Below, piece by piece: positions 9,416 to 17,111 of a stretch of DNA of 40,546 nt. The DNA lies in contig CBDVAL010000003.1 of assembly GCA_965371955.1 (NCBI GenBank), positions 1 to 40,546 of the forward strand, in the 5' to 3' direction. The notes beneath the pieces are model-generated. The model saw nothing but the letters and a program-made list of their open reading frames with translations, searched no databases and had not been told where the DNA came from. Each line of letters begins with the position of its first letter. The first letter of the stretch is position 1. Made by a program: the position numbers and the translations under genes. This stretch comes from an uncultured bacterium. GTDB taxonomy: Bacteria; Acidobacteriota; Polarisedimenticolia; CBDVAL01.

Positions 9416-9556
9416 TTCTACAGGGTTTAAGGCGCTAACCTTCTGCGCTACCACCGGTTCGGCAAGGTCTGCCGGCTCGCCGGCCGGTGTCCGTGCCCCT
9501 CGTTCCCCCTGGCCAAGACGACCGGGGGACTCTCGAAATCCTCGGCCACGGACGGT
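9371..9556 (-). ncRNA. Putative sigma54-dependent structured small RNA (~185 nt), family not recognised
   Basis: Lies between a consensus sigma54 promoter and a terminator, with no credible ORF. Stems GUCCGUG/CACGGAC (9553-9547/9495-9489), UCCCCC/GGGGGA and CGGCA/UGCCG; ACCUCCUCCU in the terminator loop. Confidence 0.55.
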
Positions 9557-9565
9557 AGTGCCTAG

Positions 9566-9582
9566 AGCAACCTTGATGCCAG
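9566..9582 (-). promoter_or_regulatory. sigma54 (-24/-12) promoter
   Basis: Minus strand CTGGCATCAAGGTTGCT matches YTGGCA...TTGCW with exact GG-N10-GC spacing. Confidence 0.7.
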
Positions 9583-9709
9583 CTTGGCCAATTCGGCGTA
9601 AGTAGGTTTGTTCTCAGTGGGCTGCCCGATCGACGACCGATGGGGTGGGTGCCCGCCGGTGGACAGGTTCCCCCTTCTCGGGGAACGGTTCCCCATGCCT
9701 GGCCGAGCG

Positions 9710-9737
9710 AGAGGCCCGTCCGTCCGTGCGGGCCTCT
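9710..9737 (-). terminator. GC-rich hairpin at the acyl-CoA ligase stop
   Basis: AGAGGCCCG-N10-CGGGCCTCT inverted repeat; no U-tract. Confidence 0.35.
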
Positions 9738-11523
9738 AGTCCCCGTACATCGACTCGATGAGGTCAGCGAATTTTTCCTCCACGACCCGGCGCTTGGTCT
9801 TCAGCGTGGGGGTGAGCTCGCCCTCCTCCATGGAGAGCTCCCGGGGCAGCAGACGGAATTTCTTGACCTTCTCGAAGTTCGACAATCCTTCCATGCGCGA
9901 CGCCACGCGCTGGCGGTAGAGTTCCACGATGCGCGGGTCGTCCCGTAGCTCGACCGCGTCGGTGCAAGCGATGCCGTGCTCCTTGGCGTAAGCGGCGAGG
10001 CGCTGCGGGTCCGGGGCGATGAGGGCGGAGACGAACTTCCGGCGGTCACCGATGAGCACCGCCTGCGAGATGAACGGGTCGCACTTGAGCAGGTTCTCGA
10101 TGGGCTGCGGCGCCACCATCTTGCCGCCGGAGGTCTTCAGGATCTCCTTCTTGCGGTCGGTGATGATCAGGAAGCCGTCGCTATCCATGTGGCCGATGTC
10201 GCCGGTGAGGAACCAGCCGTCGCGCAGTGCCTCTCGTGTCGCCTTCTCGTCCCGGAAATAGCCCTGCATGACGTTCGGGCCGCGCACAAGGATCTCGCCG
10301 TCGTCGGCGATCCGTACCTCCACGCCCGGGAGCACAGGTCCCACGGTGTCGAGGCGGGTGCGCTGCGGCGTATTCACCGACACCACCGGCGAGGTCTCGG
10401 TGAGGCCATAACCCTCCAGCACGGGGAGGCCCGCGGCGTGAAAAAACTCGGCGATCTCGCAGCCCAGAGGCGCGCTGCCGGAAATGATGAAACGCAGTCG
10501 TCCTCCCATGCGCCGGCGCAGCTTGGTGAACACCAGCTTGTCGGTGATGGGCCGTAGTAGCCGTGCCACGAGGGGCTCGGGCCGGCCTCTCAGCTTCGCC
10601 AATGAGCATTGACGCCCGGCCCACAGCGCCAGCGCGAAGATCCAGCGTCGCGGTGCGGACGAGGCATACACCGCGTCCATGAAGCTCGCCTGGATCTTCT
10701 CCAGCAGTCGCGGCACGCTGGCCATCACCGTCGGCCGGATCTCCATGAGGTCGGCGGGCACCGCGTTGATGGACTCGGCATGGGAGATGGTGACTCCCGC
10801 GTCCAGGAAGGTGAATTGCAGCATCCTCTCGAAGACGTGGGTCAGGGGAAGGAACGACAGCGTCTCGTCGGCGTGGGAGAACGCCACGATGGAGCGCGTG
10901 GCGTTGACGTTGGAGACGAAGTTGCCGTGCGTGAGCATCACGCCCTTGGGCTCGCCGGTGGTGCCTGATGTATAGATGATGGTGGCCAGGTCGTCCTCAC
11001 CCACCCGGGCGGTCTCGTCTGCCAGGCGTCCCGGGTTCTCCGCCAGGGCGGCCTCACCCTGCCGCAGCAGGTCGGTCCAGGTCAGGGCGTCCGCGGGCAT
11101 GGTCTCCGGCCTGTCCATCATCACCAACTGCTGGATGTCCGGCAGCGACGGCAATATCGGCGTGACCTTTTCCAGCTGCTCCGCTGTGGACAGGATCAAC
11201 AAGCGCGCCTGGCTGTTGTCCAGGATGAAACGCACCTGGTTGGCGTGCAGCGTGGAGTAGATGGGCACCACCACGCCGCCGAGGGTCAGGATGGCGTGGT
11301 CGAAGGTATTCCACTCGGGACGGTTTTCCGCCAGGATGGCCACCCGATCGCCCTTGCAGATGCCGAGGCGCAGCAGTCCCATGGCGAGCCCGCGCACCGT
11401 GGAGACGAACTCCTCGGTGGAGAGATCGTTCCACTGGCCGCCGCTCTTGTAGCGCAGGATCGCCGGCTTGGGGTGCTCGCGCTCCAGCTTTTCCAGGATG
11501 TCACAAAGGGTCTGTATCGCCAC
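9736..11523 (-). CDS. Long-chain fatty acid-CoA ligase (AMP-binding)
   Basis: IIYTSGTTGEPKGV, GYGLTET, TGDIG, DRKKE...GGKMVAPQPIE, TPTLK. Start assigned to GTG 11523 behind GGAGGAAGAG. Confidence 0.93.
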   Translation of the reverse strand: MAIQTLCDILEKLEREHPKPAILRYKSGGQWNDLSTEEFVSTVRGLAMGLLRLGICKGDRVAILAENRPEWNTFDHAILTLGGVVVPIYSTLHANQVRFILDNSQARLLILSTAEQLEKVTPILPSLPDIQQLVMMDRPETMPADALTWTDLLRQGEAALAENPGRLADETARVGEDDLATIIYTSGTTGEPKGVMLTHGNFVSNVNATRSIVAFSHADETLSFLPLTHVFERMLQFTFLDAGVTISHAESINAVPADLMEIRPTVMASVPRLLEKIQASFMDAVYASSAPRRWIFALALWAGRQCSLAKLRGRPEPLVARLLRPITDKLVFTKLRRRMGGRLRFIISGSAPLGCEIAEFFHAAGLPVLEGYGLTETSPVVSVNTPQRTRLDTVGPVLPGVEVRIADDGEILVRGPNVMQGYFRDEKATREALRDGWFLTGDIGHMDSDGFLIITDRKKEILKTSGGKMVAPQPIENLLKCDPFISQAVLIGDRRKFVSALIAPDPQRLAAYAKEHGIACTDAVELRDDPRIVELYRQRVASRMEGLSNFEKVKKFRLLPRELSMEEGELTPTLKTKRRVVEEKFADLIESMYGD

Positions 11524-11548
11524 CTCTTCCTCCTGCTGCAGGTAGTGG

Positions 11549-12985
11549 TCAACCCTTCGGCGCCGCAATGGCGTACAGATACTTGTGGCCGCGGAGATAC
11601 AACGTATCGCCGACGATGATGGGGGAGGCGTCGAACGCATCCTCCAGCTTGTTCCGTGCCAGGATCTCGAAGGTCTCACCGTGGCTGACGACCACGCTCT
11701 CGCCGGCACGACCCTGGATGTAGATATGACCATCGGCAGCCACCAAGGACGCGTAGGTGTTGCCGAGCTCCTCGATGCGCTGCTTGGTGTAATGAAGCCT
11801 TCCCGACGCCAGATCGTAGCACGAGAACATGCTCTGGAAGCGCTCCAGGAAATAGAGCTTGCCGTCGTAGAGCAGCGGCGATGGCACGTACGACAGGCCC
11901 GTATCCAGCCGCCATGCGACGGCGTCGGTATCGGTGAGATCGCCCTTCGCGCCCCGGTATCGAATGGCCATCCCGGCCGCCTCGCGGTAGCCGCTCATCA
12001 CCCACAACAGTCCACCGGCAGCCACCGGCGAGGGGATACAATTGAGACCCAGGCCACCGCATTGCCACACATCCTCGCCGGTCTTCACGTCGTAGGCGCG
12101 CACACGGTTGGTGGCGCTGACCACGGCCAGCGCACGGCCGTCGTCCTCGATGATGAACGGTGTGGACCAGGAGGTGGGTTCGTCCCGGGCGTTGCGCCAC
12201 AGCTCCTTGCCGGTGCGCTTGTCGAACGCGGCGATGAACGAGTCTCCCTCGTGGTCCCAGTTCACCACCACCGTATCGCCATGCAGCGCCGGCGAGGAGC
12301 CCTCGCCGAACTCGTTGCGCGTGGCCATTGTGCCCAGGTCCTTCTCCCACACGACCTTGCCCTGCATGTTCAGCGCGAACAGCCCACGCGAGCCGAAGAA
12401 GGCGATGATGTGCTCACCGTCGGTGACCGGCGAAGCCGATGCGTGGCTCGCCGTGATATGCCCGGATTCGTGCGGCACCTCCTCGCGCACCACCGTCTCC
12501 CAGGCGGTCTTCCCTGTGTGCCGGTCCAGGGCGCTGACCACGAACTGGTGCACGTGGGTGGGCTTGACGCGCGGTGGCCGGCGGCGGCCCCGGCTGCGTC
12601 CCGGCGGTGATTGCTGGTCCTGCTCTTGCTGCTGCAACGATGCCGGCACCACCGACGGCTGTGCACCGGCATGCTGCGAATTCGACGGCTCGGCAGCCGC
12701 AGGCTCCTCGGGCTCCACGGTCTTGTCGGTCTGTACCGCCGACAGGACATAGATCCGATCGCCCCAGGCCACGGGTGTGGCGTGCCCCGGCCCGGGAAGC
12801 TCCACCTTCCAGCGCACGTTGCTGGTCTCGCTCCACTTCACCGGAGGGTTGCCATGCGGCGCCACGCCGCTATGTAGCGGCCCTCGCCACGACGGCCAAT
12901 AGTGGGAGGTATCCTCCTTGTCCGCCATCAGAACAGGGGAGATACAGACAAGGACGAGGGTCAGTGCAGAAAGAATCTGTTTCAC
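11549..12985 (-). CDS. Exported PQQ-like beta-propeller repeat protein (BamB-like)
   Basis: Signal peptide, WPSWRGP, NVRWKVELPGPGHATPV and repeated A.D..TG...W blades. Start assigned to GTG 12985 behind GAGGAG. Confidence 0.85.
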   Translation of the reverse strand: MKQILSALTLVLVCISPVLMADKEDTSHYWPSWRGPLHSGVAPHGNPPVKWSETSNVRWKVELPGPGHATPVAWGDRIYVLSAVQTDKTVEPEEPAAAEPSNSQHAGAQPSVVPASLQQQEQDQQSPPGRSRGRRRPPRVKPTHVHQFVVSALDRHTGKTAWETVVREEVPHESGHITASHASASPVTDGEHIIAFFGSRGLFALNMQGKVVWEKDLGTMATRNEFGEGSSPALHGDTVVVNWDHEGDSFIAAFDKRTGKELWRNARDEPTSWSTPFIIEDDGRALAVVSATNRVRAYDVKTGEDVWQCGGLGLNCIPSPVAAGGLLWVMSGYREAAGMAIRYRGAKGDLTDTDAVAWRLDTGLSYVPSPLLYDGKLYFLERFQSMFSCYDLASGRLHYTKQRIEELGNTYASLVAADGHIYIQGRAGESVVVSHGETFEILARNKLEDAFDASPIIVGDTLYLRGHKYLYAIAAPKG

Positions 12986-13044
12986 GGGTGGCTCCTCGGT
13001 CCCGGAAAGTGGCCGGGAATGTCCAGCGAGAATAACACGGACGC

Positions 13045-14985
13045 TCAGGACGCGCGCTGGCGCGCCATCCAGCTGGCGGCAGCCAGCAACCCGAAAGCGG
13101 CAATCCCTGCGCCACGCGCCAGCCATCCGGCCGTGCCCCCGCCCAGCGCCGATCCCGACAGCAGAAGCGCTGCCGCGAACAACGACATCACCCGCAACCC
13201 CCACGACAGCGGCGAGAACAGGTAGCCGGCGATGCCCACGGCAAACGGCACGATCCCCGTCAGCGCGAGGATCACCGCGCCGAACACCTCGCTCCACGCG
13301 GCAGGCCCGCCGCCGGGATCGATCATCAGGAGCTGCGGCCGGAAGACGAACAGGAACGGCAGCGTGAAGCCCACCAGGGCGAAGCGGAACGCCGCCAGCG
13401 CGCTGGACATGATGCTCGCGCCCGCGATGGACGCCGCCGCATACGCCGCCAGCGCCACCGGGGGGGTGACCATGGACATCATGCCGAAATAGAAGATGAA
13501 CAGGTGGATGGCCAGCGGTACCACTCCCAGTTCACCCAGGACCGGGCCCACCAGCGTGGCCATGAGCAGGTAGCACACCGTCGACGGCAGGCCCATGCCC
13601 AGCACGATGGAGGCAACCATGATGAGGAGGAGAGCGGAGAACAGGTTGCCCTGGGAGAGTCCCAGGATGGCGCTGGGCAGCCGGGTGCCCACGCCTGTTA
13701 GCGTCACCACGCCCAGGATGATCCCCACGCACGCCGCAGCCGCCACCAGCGGGATGGCGGCCCGTCCGGCGCGGGTGACGGCCTCCAGCCCCGCCTTCAC
13801 GGTGATGCGCGTGCGCGGATGGAGGGCGGCGAGCACCACCACCAGGAGCAAGGCCAAGCTCACCGCCAGAAATACCGTGAAGCCCAGCAGCAGCATGCTG
13901 ATCAGTCCGGCGAACCCGGCCAGGAAGATCACTCCTTCGTACTCCAGCAACGAGCGCCGGGTCTCACCTGTATCCTCGTCGCTGCCGGCGCCGATCTTCT
14001 TGGCCGTGAGGTGGACGATGAGCAGCAGCGACAGGTAGTAGAGAACCGCCGGGATCAGCGCTGCGCGGATGATCTCCAGATACGTCACCGGCGGATCGAT
14101 GATCTCCAGCATCATGTAGGCGCCGGCGCCCATCACCGGCGGCACCAGCGCGCCGCCTGTGCTGGCCGCCGCTTCGACCCCTGCGGCGACGGACGGGCGG
14201 AAGCCGGAACTGCGCATCATGGGGATGGTGAATGTTCCGGTGGTGGCGGTGTTCGCCACGGCGCTGCCGGAGAGCGAGCCCATGAGGCCGCTGCTCAGAA
14301 CCGCCACCTTCGCCGGTCCGCCGGCGGTTCCGCCCAGCACCCGCCGAGCGAAGTCGATGATGAATTGCGTTGCCCCTGTGGTCTGCAGCACGGCGCCGAA
14401 GATCACGAACAGGAACACGTAGGTGAACATCACGTTCAGGGCGATGCCGAACACGCCCTGGCTGTGCAGGAAGGTCTGCGAGACGATGCGCTCCAGCGAG
14501 TAGCCGCGGTGCGGGAACAGCCAGTCCGGCATGGCGGCGCCGAACGAGGCGTAGGCCAGGAAGAGGGTCGCCAGCACAGGTAGCGCCCAGCCGATGGAGC
14601 GTCGCGTGGCCTCGAGGATGAGCAACAGGCCGGCGACGCCCACGGCAATGTCCAGCCCGGTCTCCTGGCCGGCGCGGTTGCCCAGTGACTGCCCGCCGGA
14701 CCACAGGGCGCGGAAACGTGGCTCGTTCTGCACCACCATGAACCCGCAGCAGGCCACGGTGAGGCCGACAAGCCCGCCGTCGAGGAAGCTCATCCAGCGG
14801 GCTCCACGCAGCTTCTTGTGCGCCGGATGGATGAGGAAGCAGAGCACCAGCCCCAGTCCCGCGAACAGGGCCAGGCGGGTCTGCGATCCCAGCTGCGGGT
14901 AGTTCACCTCCACCAGGGTGAACAGTGCCAGCGCCGCCGCCAGGGCCGTGAGGAGGTGGCGCTTCCAGGAGGGCTCAGTGGGCAG
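13045..14985 (-). CDS. TAXI-type TRAP transporter fused permease (4TM/12TM)
   Basis: ILEATRRSIG, GGPAKVAV.SS..MGSLSGSAVAN, EAAASTGG..PPVMGAGA, LGMGLP, TPPVALAAY. The frame extends 24 codons upstream of track start 14913 to a CTG at 14985 preceded by GAGGAG. Confidence 0.9.
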   Translation of the reverse strand: MPTEPSWKRHLLTALAAALALFTLVEVNYPQLGSQTRLALFAGLGLVLCFLIHPAHKKLRGARWMSFLDGGLVGLTVACCGFMVVQNEPRFRALWSGGQSLGNRAGQETGLDIAVGVAGLLLILEATRRSIGWALPVLATLFLAYASFGAAMPDWLFPHRGYSLERIVSQTFLHSQGVFGIALNVMFTYVFLFVIFGAVLQTTGATQFIIDFARRVLGGTAGGPAKVAVLSSGLMGSLSGSAVANTATTGTFTIPMMRSSGFRPSVAAGVEAAASTGGALVPPVMGAGAYMMLEIIDPPVTYLEIIRAALIPAVLYYLSLLLIVHLTAKKIGAGSDEDTGETRRSLLEYEGVIFLAGFAGLISMLLLGFTVFLAVSLALLLVVVLAALHPRTRITVKAGLEAVTRAGRAAIPLVAAAACVGIILGVVTLTGVGTRLPSAILGLSQGNLFSALLLIMVASIVLGMGLPSTVCYLLMATLVGPVLGELGVVPLAIHLFIFYFGMMSMVTPPVALAAYAAASIAGASIMSSALAAFRFALVGFTLPFLFVFRPQLLMIDPGGGPAAWSEVFGAVILALTGIVPFAVGIAGYLFSPLSWGLRVMSLFAAALLLSGSALGGGTAGWLARGAGIAAFGLLAAASWMARQRAS

Positions 14986-16006
14986 CGGCGCTCTCCTCGG
15001 GCCAGATGCCGATCTCGCGATAGAAGCGGATGGCGCCCGGGTGGAACGGAGTCCCGGTGTCGCGGATCACGTTCTTTGGGTTGATGGCCCGGCCGGCGCG
15101 ATGGCTCGCGGTGACTTCCTCCCGGTTCTCGTAGATGGTCCTGGTCGCCCGGTAGATGAGATCCTCATCGGCGGACTCGAAGGTGATCAGGTGCATGGAG
15201 CCCACGTCGAGACCTTCGTAGTCTGCGTCCATGCCGCGGTAGGTGCCCGCCGGGATGGTGGCCGTGCGGAAGAACGGATAGTTCTCCACCAGCTCCGTGC
15301 GGCGATCGGGGTCGAACGGCACGAGGTGCAGGTCCATGGAGGTGGCCGCCTGCGTGATGGAGGCCGTGGGCACCGCACCGCCCAGGAATGCTGCCGCCGC
15401 CGAACCATTGCTCAGCATGTCCACGGCGCCGAACTGAGTATTGTACAGCGGCGTGAAGTCCTCGTAGGTCACGCCGTGTGCCTCGAGCAGCGGGGTGATG
15501 AAGAAATGGAAACCAGCGCCGTCGGGCCCCACCACCACGCGCCTGCCTTTGAGGTCAGCCAGTGTGTCCACGGCGCCGCCGGCCGAGGCGACAAACAGCG
15601 CGACATTGGGTGCCAGCGTCATTATTGATCGCAGGGGGTAGGCCTGATCCCAACCCGCCTCGCCGCGCACGGCGAAGTAAGAGATGGCCGCATTGGCCAG
15701 AGCCATGTCCAGTTCACCGGACACCAGGCGGCGGATGTTCTCCTGCGTGCCCTTGGTGGCCTCGGCGGTTACCTGCCAGCCCCAGTCGCTCCCATGGCGG
15801 TTCATGGCCTCGGCGATGGCGCCGCCCACGGGATAGAAGGCGCCGCCCTGAGGCGCGGTGCCGATGCTCAGGAACACCCTACCGCCGCCGTCCTCGCCAC
15901 CACAGCCATTTGCGGCCAGCAGCAGCGCAACCGCCGCCAGCAGCAAGGTGCCTCTTGCGTATCTGCCGTTCTGAAGGTTCATCTCAAGTCCCTGACCAGT
16001 GGCCAT
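14975..16006 (-). CDS. TAXI family TRAP solute-binding lipoprotein
   Basis: Lipobox AANGC; IGTAPQGGAFYPVGGAIA; TKGTQENIRRL; PFHPGAIRFYRE. Start may be ATG 15982. Confidence 0.92.
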   Translation of the reverse strand: MATGQGLEMNLQNGRYARGTLLLAAVALLLAANGCGGEDGGGRVFLSIGTAPQGGAFYPVGGAIAEAMNRHGSDWGWQVTAEATKGTQENIRRLVSGELDMALANAAISYFAVRGEAGWDQAYPLRSIMTLAPNVALFVASAGGAVDTLADLKGRRVVVGPDGAGFHFFITPLLEAHGVTYEDFTPLYNTQFGAVDMLSNGSAAAAFLGGAVPTASITQAATSMDLHLVPFDPDRRTELVENYPFFRTATIPAGTYRGMDADYEGLDVGSMHLITFESADEDLIYRATRTIYENREEVTASHRAGRAINPKNVIRDTGTPFHPGAIRFYREIGIWPEESAAAH

Positions 16007-16220
16007 CCGGCGCCGACAGGCGCCTGCGAGCCTCTAGCATACAGCATCCGGTGCTTACCGTCTTTGAGAACAGAAGGCTGCGTGCGCGCCGGCACATCAC
16101 TCGCACCGCTGGCCGTACTTCCGGCGGGTCCGTCGTGGCGCCTACGAGATCCTGCCCCGGCTGCGACGACAAACACTCCGCAAGGACCCTTGCCGACCTC
16201 CCGGGACCCCGGAAGCGCCG

Positions 16221-16565
16221 GTGATTCAGGTCGATGTCCGCGAGGAGAGCAGCACCTACGTCGCTTAGTCGGCCAGCCTTCCCCGAACGGTCGAGGGCCC
16301 AACCCTCGATGCCCTTGCCGCCAACGTCCTGCAGCTTGCGGCGGAAGCCGGAAACGAGCCTCGCTCACGCAGGGTGCGCCTACATATCGATCTCGACGTG
16401 GAGGACCCCGACCCAGTCCTCGAGGCCTACGAGAAGGACATCGATCGCACGCTGATCCGTGGCAACTTCCGACTCACCGCCGAGGAGAGGCTGCAGAAGC
16501 TCCAGGGGTGGATGAAGGCGATCGCCGAGATCCGTGGTATCGCGCCAAAGGCAGAGCAGCCGTGA
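16221..16565 (+). pseudogene. HicB-like N-terminus fused to small antitoxin-like domain, interrupted by in-frame TAG (intact 3' ORF 16374-16565)
   Basis: From GTG 16221: VIQVDVREESSTYVA*SASLPRTVEGPTLDALAANV...DIDRTLIRGNFRLTAEERL. TAG at 16266-16268; stop overlaps the nucleotidyltransferase start (GTGA). Confidence 0.45.
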
Positions 16566-17050
16566 TCGAGCTACGCGATGTACTGGTGCTACTGGCCGCT
16601 CACCGGGTCGAGTTCATCATCGTGGGTGGCGTCGCTGCGACGATTCACGGATCGGCGCGGGTCACCCACGATCTGGATCTGGTGTGCTCGCGCACGGAGC
16701 AGAATCTCGTTCGGCTGGTGGCGGCCCTCGAGCCGGAACATCCCTACCCCCGTGGAGCACCGCTCGGACTGCCGTTTCGGTGGAACGTGGAGACCCTGCG
16801 TCGCGGGCTCAACTTCACGCTGCAGACCGACCTGGGAGATCTGGATCTGCTCGGCGAGATCACGAGCGGCGGTGGATTCCCGCAGTTGCGGCCTCGTTCG
16901 ATGGAGCTGCAGGCGTTTGGAAACCGCTACCGCTGTCTCGATCTGGTGACGCTCATCCGGGTGAAGCGCGCCGCGGGACGGCCCCGGGATCTGGACGCCA
17001 TCGCGGAACTCCGGGCCATCCAGCAGGAGCGGCGCAAGCTGGAGGAGTGA
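16562..17050 (+). CDS. Nucleotidyltransferase-fold protein (DUF6036/AbiEii-like)
   Basis: 3' part of ORF 15794..17050. From GTG 16562: VEFIIVGGVAATIHGSARVTHDLDL...LIRVKRAAGRPRDLDAI. Confidence 0.8.
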   Translation: MIELRDVLVLLAAHRVEFIIVGGVAATIHGSARVTHDLDLVCSRTEQNLVRLVAALEPEHPYPRGAPLGLPFRWNVETLRRGLNFTLQTDLGDLDLLGEITSGGGFPQLRPRSMELQAFGNRYRCLDLVTLIRVKRAAGRPRDLDAIAELRAIQQERRKLEE

Positions 17051-17111
17051 TCCGGGGGCGGTTCCCCTGCTTCCCTGCCCGGTGGGTCCCCGCAGGTTTT
17101 TCACCAGGATG

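Noticed and set aside
9375-9480. tRNA-, tmRNA- or intron-like appearance of the structured intergenic region
   Set aside because: No GTTCRA T-loop, cloverleaf or CCA end on either strand; better explained as a terminator plus sRNA stems.
9255-9605. 116-aa plus-strand ORF and the strong SD-like AGGAGGAGGT at 9389-9398
   Set aside because: No ATG/GTG/TTG at suitable spacing after the SD-like run; the ORF has no recognisable features and overlaps the GT4 start and promoter.
15794-16561. Long N-terminal extension of the nucleotidyltransferase ORF
   Set aside because: Overlaps the antisense TAXI gene and the small partner ORF; low-complexity; real start at GTG 16562.
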